Positions 39,364 through 51,935 of a DNA stretch of 64,000 bases are shown one piece after another; the stretch's first letter is position 1; each line of letters opens with the position of its first letter. Origin of the DNA: Phoronis australis. Its lineage: Eukaryota > Animalia > Phoronida. Below the pieces are notes generated by a model, which saw only the letters and a program-made list of their open reading frames with translations, ran no database searches and was not told where the DNA came from. The stretch is from NCBI GenBank assembly GCA_002633005.1, contig NMRA01000530.1, positions 200,072 to 264,071 on the forward strand. Reading direction: 5' to 3'. The translations under genes were made by a program, and so were the position numbers.

Positions 39364-40682
39364 CTGAAATGAGTGTCACGTAATTTTGTAACAAAATCTT
39401 CATTATAGCATACCGGAAAGCAACGGAATCACAACATAAAGCAGGGCTATGGTGAATTCATCTGTCCGTCATCCGGTGAATTTAGAGATACACATCAAGT
39501 GATTGCAAATAAATTGTTCAGCTTTAGTGTATCTGATTTTGAAGATTTGTAAACAGTGGTAAGAGTGTCATTGCACCGCATTTAAGCGAATTTAAGGGCG
39601 AAGTAGAGGGTTGCCCCAGCCAATGCCCCTACTGGTACGGTCAAAGAAGAAAAACAAAGCAACAGGCATTCCGTTTTGGGCGTGCTAGAGGATATTTTTC
39701 CATTTCGACTGGGCCTCTTTTTGACATTTTAATTATTGGTGCACCGTGTTCCAGAGCTTTATAACTGTTTTGCATTTGTCTGCATTATTTCGTTTAATTT
39801 TAAACTCATCCTTTCCAATTGAAACATAAAGATTCGCCCCAGTAAATAAATGGAGTCTTGGTTGTTTTAGTACCAACTTTGTACTTCGAGTTTACTCTAT
39901 AACATCAAAACAACCTTCCCACAGACACTACATTAGACAGCAAAACAATGTTAGCGACCTTACATTTGGCATATTTCATTCTTGGTGACCAATACTTAAC
40001 AATAGCACTACTGGTTGCTCGACTCGTTTGTATTGTGAGACGTATTATCAGCGCCCGCGGTTTCGAGGCCCAAATGTAAAAGTATACCAAACCTTGTTTT
40101 GATGATTTCAACCAATTCTCGTTCTGTCACCTGCAACTACATCATTAGCGCTAATCTTCCAAGTTAAAGACAGGAATCAACTAAAAACTCATACTCTCGA
40201 CCCTATCTCAAAATTAGACGCGATGGTCCTTGGTTTGGGGTCCTTTCCCACAGTTGCCGTGTGGTTAAAAAAATTTAGGTCACGCTTGCCCCTTAAGCAG
40301 ACATTGAAAGGAGTTTTCAAATTTTGCTCCAAATTTTGAGGGTGTTACGGTTACAGAGCATTATTTTGTTGCAGAGAATTGTATGGGAAATTCAATTTTA
40401 GTATTTCTTAATGGGACAAACCGAGCTTGGTATTGACCATAGAGTATGTGAAATTCACGTAGCACTAAAGAGACTTTATTTGAGAATACTTACAGAGGTT
40501 GGCGGAGTCAAGTTGTAATGTAATGATTTTCATAATAGAGTTTTATTAAGGATATGAAACAATGAAGGAAAAAGGTCATTTTGCAAAACGCTGAAAATGC
40601 CTTTGTATTAATATAAGCACATCCAATATTCCCATGTATTCCTAAGGGAGAATGACTAAAAAGGATGTCATTTCAAAAGACT

Positions 40683-40888
40683 AAAAATAGTTAATATAGC
40701 AAAAATAACAGGACGAGCGTCAGTAATAAATTGTATTAAAATATTCCCGATGTTTCGAGCGATGCGCTCTTTGATGGGATTATTTTAATATATTTTAGTA
40801 CCGACGCTCGTCATTTTATATTTACTATTTTTACTTGTTTATATTCTTATCCCTGGATAACTGCACGGCATTCAAGCACCTTTTTGGT
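40683..40888 (-). mobile_element. 206-bp hairpin insertion with 15-bp TSD carrying a degenerate hammerhead-ribozyme motif (Penelope pLTR/retrozyme-like)
   Basis: tcatttcaaaagact is duplicated at 40668-40682 and 40889-40903. Inverted arms gacgagcgtcagta/taccgacgctcgtc and tattaaaata/tattttaata. The minus-strand core reads cccatcaaa-gagc-gcatc-gctc-gaaacatcggg. Confidence 0.7.
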
Positions 40889-41342
40889 TCATTTCAAAAG
40901 ACTTTTATTCGAAAGTGGTTCTAAAATATTTCGAGGGAGATATTTATCTAAACCAAACTACAGTATGATGAAATAAAAATATTTCATCGTCAAGACGAGA
41001 ACTTTTTGGCATTCTCTGTAACATGCCACCTATTAATTTATGCAATATTTTGTTAAGCTGAGGTAAAATTGCAGATTTCATCAACATATGGGAATATTGG
41101 ATATGAAGAAATTCATACAAAAACATTTTAATTTCTTTAAAATTACGTTTCTTTTATTATTTCATATCCTTAGTAAAATCCCGTTGTCATATTCCATGAA
41201 TTGTAACATGACTCGGCCAACATTTTTCGGTTTTGCATGTTTTCGTATATAATGCCTCTTAATTATCTTGAAAACTTGAAGCAATGCGGAAAAGTTGCTC
41301 CAGATTACGAAATATACAAATATACCAAACCTGAAATCTCAC

Positions 41343-41663
41343 CCTTCTCCATATCTTCGACGGTAAAGCTCAACTCTAAGGGAGACCCACTTGTCATCTG
41401 TTTTATCTTGTCGGTTAGCAGAGCGTTTTTTATTCCTTCAGTCAAAAGTCCTCCGCATAGCTTTTGCTTAAACTGCTCCATAGCTTCTTCACTGTCGGAT
41501 GCTATCACGAGTTCAATGCACCCCTTTTTGATACATACTACTTTGACTTTACCACCAGACACGCTTAGTAAATATTGTTTTAAGGTCGAGTCATCTGTTC
41601 GTTGTTCTTCAATGATTTTCCATTCCACGAAGTCGCCAAGCTCACTTTCAATCTTCAATTTTG
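41343..41663 (-). CDS. Internal exon of the TPR gene, TRADD-N-like domain
   Basis: tttgttctAG acceptor, G|GTGAGA donor, 321 nt, phase 1-1. VKVVCIKKGCIELVIASDSEEAMEQFKQKLCGGLLTEGIKNALL resembles the GS/CIxLxV..S.EAL..L....SG.L signature of TRADD-N-like domains. The domain call is from recall. Confidence 0.7.
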
Positions 41664-42639
41664 CTAGAACAAACATGGATACAAAAGAGATTGAATACCA
41701 TAGTTAACAACAATTGCTGCATTTGACAGACGTCACCGGTTCTGCAGGGTAAACCGGCTACTAAGACATCAGAAGAGCGTTAGGTAGATCTTGCTTCGTG
41801 AGAGAAAAGTAAGACTTCACAAGACCTTGCAAAATAAGAACAAAAACGAGTTTTTCTCAAGCATTCTTAGGAGTCTAATATCATATTAATGTATCCTACC
41901 AGAATGGCGGCCACTGAACTGAATGATCGGTGAAGTTAGATCGTTTATCTGTGTGGTTGGATTCACTGGGTTAAATAGTAAAGGTTTTTCAAGCTGGTGT
42001 CTTGCGGTCTACGGAGCTCAGCTGAGCATCAATCGGTTGTCAATGACGACTTCCGGTGTATGGATCAATCAGGTGCCATGAATAAAACCCTCTGTTGACA
42101 TCCTAACCGGTTGAGGTTGGGCAATTTGACCTATTCGTATACGTTCAACCCTGCCGGTATTGATTGAAGACACCATGCTGTTGCAGTTAACTATATCGCC
42201 TCAGGCTGCTGATGTGGGCGTTATCTAAATAATCAGACCCACCATAAACACATAATTTTTAGTTTTAAAAGTTTTTCAATAACATGGTTGAATAGCTCGT
42301 CAAAAGTACAAGTGAGTAGGCTTTTGAATTTTGAGAATCAAACAAAAATGTGACATTTACTATCTATAATGTTCGTGTAATAGAGTTGTAATTTTATGTT
42401 CATTATTAAATCTGCAGGGTGTGCAACTCAATTAGGCCAATTTTCAAACCCTCAGGCCCTTGTTTAAGTTTAACATGAGCCAAGTGTAATCGTACAATTC
42501 TTGCCATGACTTACCTGGTTGAGCCAGCGGAACCGGTCAAGACAAAGATAATTAACATAGTGTAAAAGGATATCATTGAGAACGTACAGTAGATACACTG
42601 TAGATGCGAAAAATACAATTTTTGGGACTTAGTATAAAA

Positions 42640-43060
42640 TAATTTCCCGATATTGTGGATCCGCCTGGCTCCTTCTTCTGAGGATTAATGATTGAATGGT
42701 TCCCGCTAAACCTTTGTGGCCTTCTGACTGTCTTCAAGGACGTGAGTGAGGCGACTTAAATCTGACCCCGCACCGTCTTTTCAAAGGGGGATGTTTGCTT
42801 TAACCCATGTAGCCTCTTTGACACCTCGATCAAACCAAGAACTTTCTATGACCAGTACCCCCATACCCGCTGTCTCGAACGCACGTGTGCCCGTGTCACT
42901 AAGGTGATCAAAAACAGCAGAGGTTAAACCAGTCACTCATCAAAGCCCAGTGTAAGGAGCGAGGCGGCTCTTCATCGTCGGAAAATTTATTTTAAAGCAA
43001 GCTCCACAAGTTGTCGTTGATTGTTTTCCGCATCTAGTTATTCACTTGGATGAACGACCT
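42640..43060 (-). mobile_element. Penelope-like element 3' remnant (GIY-YIG C-terminus and degenerate hammerhead)
   Basis: SAVFDHLSDTG...VLVIESSWFDRGVKEATWV matches the Penelope endonuclease tail. Downstream cagaagaaggagccaggcggatccacaatatcggg resembles a decayed CTGANGA...GAAA core. Confidence 0.7.
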
Positions 43061-43446
43061 TTTAGAAATGTGGTAACGCATACAGTAGAAATTTTGTGCC
43101 AAGAATATTTTTCTGTAAGCTGTAACGAGGTTTTTGAGATTTCATCTTGAGACATTTATAGAAAACGAAATTTGGTCATGTCATTGAAACCTTGTTTTGC
43201 TATTAATTAAATTCTTTTATTTTTGCTTAAATTTAGTGCACAGTATCCTGAAACTCAATTATTGGTATATACATGTAGGTATGAAGCAAAAATCAAATTT
43301 TATAGGATTTCTTCATTCAGCAAATATGTACTTTTACTTTGTGAACTCAATCTTTTTAGACTCAATTCACAGACCTTCAACGATAAGATCTTACACAGAC
43401 GTAAAAATAAACATAGAATTCTAAATCAATAACCCAAACAACTCAC

Positions 43447-43512
43447 CGATGTGATTATATTCATTTTCTTCTATTTCTAGAAGTCGCTGGCGCTTGAGAT
43501 TGAGCAGATGTA
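43447..43512 (-). CDS. Small internal exon of the TPR gene
   Basis: ttatttccAG acceptor, G|GTGAGT donor, 66 nt, phase 1-1. Reads HLLNLKRQRLLEIEENEYNHI. Confidence 0.7.
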
Positions 43513-44210
43513 CTGGAAATAAGATTTCTAAGTCTAGTGAAGGCAGCCGTCTACATGTGTGTCAGGGGTAGACTGACAATGGGTTTATTTGTTAAAACTG
43601 CACTTCCTGAGTGTTTAACTGCCAAAAAACACGAAACTTAAACGGGGGCTCTTAAGGTAATAAACTTAGTATCATAATGATCGTTACTGGACAATCACGT
43701 TGAAATTACCAGCTACCCAAGACAATGATATAGAGTTTATTGGCCTTAGCCAATGCCAGCATTTCGAATTTGAAATTGGCTCTTACACGCATTGCCAGAG
43801 ATATGTGTTGCCGAATCAGTCGGAAACCATTTAACATAGAATAAGCATGACAATGTTTTTCTCTAAAATTGAGACTTTATAAACAGTGGCGAAATGTTGT
43901 TTTAGGAATTATTTGTCTGCGCTAGTTGTTTAGTGTCAGGAAAAGATAGAGTCAACCTAAACGGATTTCAGCCACAATTCTTGAGAAAAATCCCGTAAGT
44001 TCTACATGTAGCATAGATAGTGAATGATATATTTTAGCTATCTGACTTCCCTCACTTTTCTCCTGTCGAAGTAATTTGTCGCTTTAGTTCTTCTCCCTTA
44101 AAACCCGGCACTGTCGATAGTTTTCAACAAATGTTTGGATTTCACAGCACATGTGCAACCAACCACTATACTGCATACATTTAGAAATTCTGTGTACGAA
44201 AACAACTTAC

Positions 44211-44279
44211 ATCTTTTCCTTTGGAGATCCAGAACTCGGCTTGTTACAGATCTACAATTCTTAGTTTGGCGATAAATCT
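44211..44279 (-). CDS. Small internal exon of the TPR gene
   Basis: tattacAG acceptor, GTAAGT donor, 69 nt, phase 1-1. Reads IYRQTKNCRSVTSRVLDLQRKR. Confidence 0.65.
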
Positions 44280-45399
44280 CTGTAATAGGATATTTACATG
44301 TATTTTTTAAATTTTATATTTGTTACATATTTTCTATAAGTACACTGTACATGGTGACTCAATCAAAAAATACCCACGTTTTGTCTTATTACATAATCAT
44401 TCCTAAAGAAATCCTTAGCTGTCTTATCAAATGAAAACTACTACGATTGGATGACATTTCCTCCAAATTACAAAAGATGTTGATTCGCTACCGTGTAATT
44501 GCGTGACAACAATTGCTCAAGTATATAACAATTATTCATTACCGGTTGGTCATTCGTAACCTCGACCCAGTAAGTGCCAATAACGTCATGTTTTCGTGTG
44601 GCTGCTCAAACTGTGGCGTTTTAGGAGTGCAACAGTCTCTATAACACATAATTAGAAGGTAATCTGACCCCAAAGACATAATTATTTTAGTATCCATGAC
44701 ATTTGCAACAAAATGGGGGCACTTGAACAATATTTTAACAAGGCATCAAACGGTCATGAATCAGCGATATTTTGTGAATAGACAGAAATGTCATCATCCA
44801 CTAATGAAACTCTCATTGTTTAAACTTAATAGCGATTTATAAAGGAAAAATTTGCAGAACCCAAACCGTGAGTAATTCTGGGCGTCCGTGTGAGTAATCT
44901 ATTTTTTGTTTTCTGCAATTATAATGTAACTTGTTAACATTCAACCAATTTTCCTGGTTGTTTCAACTAAATCAAGAATATACAATGATTGTGGCTCTAA
45001 ACGATACAAAATCCAATTCTAAACCGTGAACAGTCGTAGTCAAGGCCAATTTTCTTGTTCCATACATGAAACGCAAATAGACACAAGCGGTGTTTGTACA
45101 TCCTTCCACAACATGTTGGTAATTAGTTTATAGCCCCAAACATGTAACCCACTATGTTAACATGTAGTAATTGACTTATTGCAAGCTCCGCCCCCTTGCG
45201 TAGTGTCTACTAACAAACATTATGTTTTACCCGGCAAAGTGTTGCTTGGTGGGTAAAATGGCGGCTTGGAAACGAAGGTGTGTCAAGAATGATGAGTTCT
45301 AAAGGTCAGTTAAGTAAGCCGTCACTCAAAATCCTGGCGACAGGTCAATTGTGTCAGACGACCATCATTCTATGGAGATGGCTCATTGTTCTTTGATAT

Positions 45400-45620
45400 G
45401 AAGGTTCTTTTTAGGCAAGCACAACACAGCTTTGTCTGCAAGTGCTGCTGGATGTACTCAGAGTATTTCTATCAAAGAATCACGGTTGATTCAGGACACG
45501 AGGCCCAATACCCTTTTCATCACCAATATTACATCAACACACAGTTTGCTGTGGAACCATTCATTGTTTGTATAGTAACTGACGATGCTTGACTGAAGTT
45601 AAGCGAAACGTCTGTGTATA
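45400..45620 (+). mobile_element. Penelope-like remnant ending in a minimal type I hammerhead ribozyme motif
   Basis: IKESRLIQDTRP is GIY-YIG tail-like. It is followed by ctgacga-t-gcttgac-tgaa-gttaagc-gaaa-cgtc at 45579-45612. Confidence 0.65.
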
Positions 45621-45744
45621 TATGTATATATGCGAAAGTAAACGTAATGTTAAAACTTTTTGCTGTTTCATTTTCATTAGTTTATATAAATAAATAAATA
45701 AATAAAAAAATTTAAATGACATATTTGAGTAAATGTTAGTTCAC

Positions 45745-45963
45745 CTTCGCTCAGGTTGATATGGTCATTGCTGTCTGCCGTTGGTTCTTCTGTTCTGCGA
45801 TATAGTTGTTTGACCTCGGTTAACTCAGGCTCAATTACAGAGGACTCAGCTATAGAAGCATCATCGCTGCACTGCACTGGTTTGTCTTTCTCATAGACGT
45901 TAGACAGGTGTGTCGTAAGTGAGTTATTTTCGCTTGTTCTGTCTTCAGGTGGCGAGTTGTTGT
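45745..45963 (-). CDS. Internal low-complexity exon of the TPR gene
   Basis: ttccctttcAG acceptor, AG|GTGAAC donor, 219 nt, phase 1-1. Acidic and Ser/Thr-rich. Confidence 0.7.
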
Positions 45964-46152
45964 CTGAAAGGGAAATAATGCTGATTATATCTCCAAAATC
46001 AAATCTCAATAGACAGCGATGCTTTAATTTAAGAAAAAGTATTACAAAAGACGTAAATAGATGCAAATGAAAGTACTATTAAAGTTTTGTTAGACGTACA
46101 CGTGACATGACACGAGGATCTAAATTTACAACGCCCTCAAACAGATGTTCAC

Positions 46153-47010
46153 CTGTTCCAGTACCTAGGAAGCTAATAGCACACTGCTTAGAATGTACGA
46201 GGGTCTGTTCATCTTCGTCACCAGTTGCCGTTGACGACAGCGGGTCTCCAAACCGGCTTGAAAACGCATAGTCTCCACTGCTTGACTTGATAACTTTCCG
46301 ATTCCTTTCATCTTCTTTTGACGTTTGATCTTTTCTTGAAGACAGTTCTTCAGACTCCTTGTCTAGAGAAGCTCCGCCATCAGTGTTTGATTCGAGAACT
46401 TTGGTTTTTGTCTTGTCCTCTTCCGATGTTCTACCATGCCTCTCCTCATCTCGGTAGACCCTTGATTTTGTTTTTAGGGTTTCAGACCGACGTGTTTTCC
46501 GGAATGGAGAATCTTGGTTTCCAGTGCCTAACTCGGAAACATCGCGATTTGTTTGATCTTCGTCAGATAAGCTAGTGCCTTCCCCCAATTTATCTCTTCT
46601 TGGCGACAGTTCTTCAGACTCCCTGTCTAGAGAAGCTCCGTCATCAGTGTTTGATTCGAGAACTTCGGTTTTTGTCTTGTCCTCTTCCGATATTCTACCA
46701 TGCGTCTCCTCATCTTGGTAGACACTTGCTTTTGTTTTTAGGCTTTCAGACGGACGTGTTTTCCGGAATGGAGAATCTCGGTTTCCAGTGCCTAACTCGG
46801 AAACATTGCGATTTGTTTGATCTTCGTCAGATGAACTACGACTTTCCGCCATTTTATCTCTTCTTGACGGCAGTTCTCCGGCCGAGATTTCTGTGCTATA
46901 CGAAGATTTCCCAATCCTAGGTTTTGTTTTAAATTCTTCCGCTATTGCATCTACGTCCGCTCTTGTTCTCATTATATTAATTCGATACACAATTCGTTCA
47001 GTGCAAAGAT
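46153..47010 (-). CDS. Internal charged low-complexity exon with a 264-bp (88-aa) tandem duplication; most 5' exon identified
   Basis: taatttcAG acceptor ends at 47011. Phase-1 donors at 46165 or 46153. The frame is open throughout and DEDQTNR.VSELGTGN.DSPFRKTR...ESEELS occurs twice. Confidence 0.75.
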
Positions 47011-48959
47011 CTGAAATTAGACAATTTGAATAACAGCGTTACGTTGTGTGTTACACATATAAGCAAGCATGCATTTAGTCACGACCAAGAGCTTGTTACT
47101 CAAGCGTGATACGAAGGATCACAGCGGTCTATTTTTGGGACTATGGACACAGTTTGCAGGTGGTACGCGCATTTTTTTCCTTTTGTTGTACTCTCAATCG
47201 AACTAATGAGGGAGCTTGAGCTGCGCAAATATGATTCAACCTGCTCAAAACCAGTTCCACTCTCATATTGCACATCTGCGATTACTAACCCTAAAGTCGC
47301 CGACGGTTTCGATTTTCTCGTCGGTATTGGAAATGTAAAAGACCTACATGTAATTGGATTTTGGGCCAGTTTTACCTGAGCTTCCCGGGTACCTTTTGTA
47401 GGGCTTTAAATTCCAATTATCTACCACGCATGAAAGAGTATACCAGTGAAGCTATAGCTATTGTAATAGTAGCGTTGTTCTGTGCAAAAGTATCAGGGTT
47501 CGTAATGTTAATTGTAGCCTGTCGATTTTAAAAGTTTCCCATAAGCTGTCTAATAGTTTTGCTATTGTCAGGGAACATACAATTAAAAACACGGTGCTTT
47601 GTATTTTGACAATAGATTTGTCGGTAAGAGGCATGTTTTTAAGTGAATCTGATCTAAGGTCTCATTCGCTACTTGCACGAATTTGACGCTTAAAAATGAG
47701 GTGTTGTGTCCAAACTACATGTACAAATGGTCATGCATGTTTGGAACGCGCGTTTAACATTTGCGTTGCTAAAATTGATACAAAAACCAGGCATTGTGTC
47801 CTAAATAACGATGCACAACAATCATGTTTGAGCAGTGCTGTACTGGTAAAGTTATAGGTAAGTAAGCGCCCAAAGCCCACAGTATCACCTTGAGCAGTGG
47901 ATTTTAAAAGTGTATTGAGTTTTCAAAACCTGATTCACAAACATGTAGGCCTATTTTTGACTCACGAGTAGGTATTTTTTCGAGTCCACAGGGGCAAATC
48001 CAGGATGTCGCAGAAACGGAGCCCAACCAAACTTGGAAGGCAAAGGGAAGCGTTCCAAGTGGTCTCTGAAGGGGGACCAGACACAATTATAAAAGAAAAT
48101 AGCCACGTAGGTCGAACGCCAAGAAACGATATGCTGGCGGCGTTTTTAGTCGCCAGTGGGGTGTGTCCTCGGGGCCCTTCGATCGTTTATTACTAACCAA
48201 TTCAATTCACTGAGTCATCCTCCACATTCAGCTGTACTTCATGGAAGAGTTTTAAAAGCTAAGTATGGTGCCATAATGACTATTTTTACATCTAAAATAC
48301 ATTTATTGATGAAAAACATCAAAGTACTGTGTCATAGCATACCCCAGTCTTTAATTAAGTAGGCCAACGACAATACAGTAGCCCCATCACGAACCCCATT
48401 TAGCGTCAAAAAAAAGCTTGAGACGGCGCTCGCGCCAATCGAAGTGTACATGTACATGTACGACATCATCGTTTCCACGAATTTGGCTTTCACCGTGTCT
48501 CCACAGTATTGGAATCAGCGATGACTGGCCATTTAATTTAGTGCAAAATACGTGGAAAATCAAGGAAACACATTAATTTTTCATTTCATATCAGTTAATA
48601 TTAAAATTGATCAAAATCATTACCTTTAGAAATTTTTATTCAATTATTTAGCACATATTCTAATACGAGCCGGTATGGGAATCCCCGGGAGAGTGACTGG
48701 GGCCGTCGAAACAGCCGGAAAAATAAAACGTTTCCTCTGAATTGTTTTCAGCAATTTCACAATGTTTATTATAAATAGTAGTTTGCTTGATACAAAAACT
48801 TTGAAGTTAGAAACTTTGCATTCATGTCTTTTTCAGTGAAGCCGAAGGTGTGAAGGCTGCGCGATTCCAATACGGGCGGCTGTCGAGTGTGTGTGTCCCG
48901 TATTGGTATAGGCGACAATAGGCCGTTTAATTTGGTGCAAAATACTTGGAAACGTTACA

Positions 48960-51935
48960 ACACGTTACACGGCGTGACAATAATGGACTCTGCGTGTGCG
49001 TATTACTGAAATTGTTTTGGGAAGTTAATGACAGCAGCCCGTTTACCAATATGAAAAAGGAATTCTTTAAAAATGTAGGAGAAATTACATGTTAATACTT
49101 TGATGACCTTTCCACCATTTGACCTCTTCCAGTGCATTATGAACCCCGACGAGGGACTAATTGTAAACTCGATTTAAAGTGTGGTTAATGCTAAGAATCA
49201 CAGATTTTTTACTTCAAGCAGTTCAGAAGACAAGGTGAATGAATTGGTCAAACTTTCAGAAGAAAAATGCACCTAATGACCCATGGGTGCACCAAATGAC
49301 CTGGAAATTTAGAATTCAAACTCCATTGCATTTACCAAACAGATATGTAATTTTGAAGTCTCTAGCTCAAAATTTTAGTTTGCACTTAATGACCTTTCAC
49401 CTATATCTTCTGACTGGTTGAGCCCATTGCTTAGTAAAGTGGGGGTATTTGATTGGCATGTTAGTTTACACCAGTGTGCTGAAATTGAAAACAATTCCTT
49501 GAAAAATGGAGGAGATATAAAATTTTGAACGTTAAATGACATTTGCACTAATTGACCCGATCCGGTGCATTATACGCATCTTAAGGAGAATTTTTGCAAA
49601 GCCCGTAAAAAGTGTGAGAATCACAGTTGTCTAACAGTTGACACATCAGGATACTTGGGGAATAAAAAAGACAAATTTTCAGAAGAAAAATGCACCTAAT
49701 TACCCCCATGGTTGGACTAAATGACCTGAAACTTTGCATTACGAATTGAATTTGATGTACCAATCAATACTTGTGAATTTGAAGTGTCTAGCTCAAAATT
49801 TTAGTTTGCACTCAATGACCTTCGACCTATTTCCTTTGATTGGATGACGCTATTGCTTAGTATAGTAGGGTATTTCATTGGCATGTAGGTTTACACGAAT
49901 ATGCTGAAATTGAATAGAATTAATTGATAAATGTAGAAAAAATAAAATTTTGAAAAGTAGATGACTTTTGCACTAATTGACCCTATCCAGTGCATTACAA
50001 GCCCTTTTAGTAGAACTATTGCAAAGTCCGTGAAAAGTATATTTAATGCTGAGAATCACAGTTGTATAACGGTTGACACATGACTACTTGGTGAATGAAA
50101 AGGACAAATTTTCAGAAGAAAAATGCACCTAATGACCCATGGTTGCACTAAATGACCCGAAACTTTGTATTTCGAATTGAATTAGACGTACCAATCAGAC
50201 TTGTGATTTTGAAGTGTCTAGCTGAAAATTTTAGTCTGCTCTCAACGGCCTTTGACCTATTTTCTCTGATTGGGTGGCCCTATTGCTTAGCAAAGTAGGG
50301 TATTTCACTGGCATGTAGGTTTACACCAAGTGCTGGAATTGAAGAGAATTCCTTGAAAAATATAGGAGAAATAATCTTTTCAATTGTAGGTGACCTTTGT
50401 AGTAATTGACCCTATCCAGTGCATTACAAGCCCTTTTAGTAGAACTAACTGCAAGGTCTGTGAAAAGAATATTTATTGCTGAGAATCAGAGTTGTCTAAC
50501 GGTTGACACATGAGAATACTTGGTGAATGAAAAGTACAAATTTTGTGAAGAAAAATGCACCTAATGACCCCATGTTTGCCCTAAATGACCTGAAACTTTG
50601 GACTTCGAATTAAATTACCTGTGCAAATCAGACTTGTGAATTTGAAGTGTCTAGCTTAAAATTTTAGTTTGCACCTATTGATCTTTGACCTGTTTTATCT
50701 GATTGGATGATTCGATTACTTAGAAAAGTAATTTTTAAATTGTCATGTTGAATTATACCTGTGCACCTAATTTGAAAAAGATTGCTTTTGAAATAAAGAA
50801 GGAGTAGCATTTTGAAAAATACACGATCTTTGCACCAAATGACCTCTTTCGGTGCATTAAGGAATATGAATATATAATGAATCAAAATTTATATACTGCC
50901 TAACATCATATTTTAAATTTGAAGAACATACTTGCAACCATTTTGGTGTTATTAAAAGTCAAAGTTTGTCAGAAGAAGAATAAGAATAAGAATAAGAAGA
51001 AGAATAAGAAGAATAAAATTGAAGAAAACCCAGGAACAACTGTACTCTGCGCTTGCACGCAGATACGTAATTCTGAAGTCTCTAGCTCAAAATTTTAGTT
51101 TGCACTCAATGACCTTTGACTTATTTTTCTGATTCGTTAGGCCTATTGCGAAGTAAAGTAGGGTATTCAATTGGCATGTTGACTTACACCAGTGTGCTAA
51201 AATTGAAAAGAATTCCTTGAAAAACCTAAGAGATATAACATTTTGAACGTTACATGACCTTTGCACTAATTGACCTTATCCGGTACATTTTAAGCATCTT
51301 TAGGAGAATTATTGCAAAGCCCATGGAAAATGTGTTTAACGCTGAGAATCACAGTTGTCTAACGATTGACACATCAGAATACTTGCTGATTGAAAAGGTC
51401 AAATTTTCAGGAGAAAAATGCACCTAATGACCCCATGTTCGCACTAAATAACCTAAAACTTTGGATTCCGATTTGATTTACCTGTGGCAATCAGACCTGT
51501 CAATTTGAAGTGTCTAGCTCAAAATTTTAGTTTGCACCTAATGCCCTTTGACCTATTTCACCTGATTACTTAGAAAAATAATTTATAAAATTGTCCTGTT
51601 TGACTTATACCTGTGCACCGAATTTGAAAAAGATAGCTTTAAAACTGAAGGAGATGTAGCATTTTGAAAATTATATGACCTTTGCACCAAGCGACCTCTT
51701 CCGGTGCAACATGGAATATGATTATATAACCAATCAAAATTTATATACTGTCAAAAGTCATATGCTGAATTTAAAGACCGTACCTGCACCCAATTTGGAG
51801 TTATTAAGCCTCAAAGTTGGTCGGAAGAAGAATAAGAATAAGAATAAAATTGAAGAAACCCCATTAACAACAGTACTCTGCGCTTACACGTGCAGAGTAA
51901 TAAAATTGAAAAAACCCAGGAACAACAGTACTGTC
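48960..51935 (-). mobile_element. Non-autonomous Helentron/DINE-1-like element with ~430-bp internal tandem repeats, partly duplicated head-to-tail
   Basis: aaaaatgcacctaat recurs at ~49263, 49687, 50119, 50551 and 51414. (AAGAAT)n microsatellites at ~50971 and ~51825 are each followed by a hairpin (tctgcg..cgcaga; actctgc..gcagagt). A matching sub-TIR actctgcgtg lies at ~48987. Confidence 0.75.
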
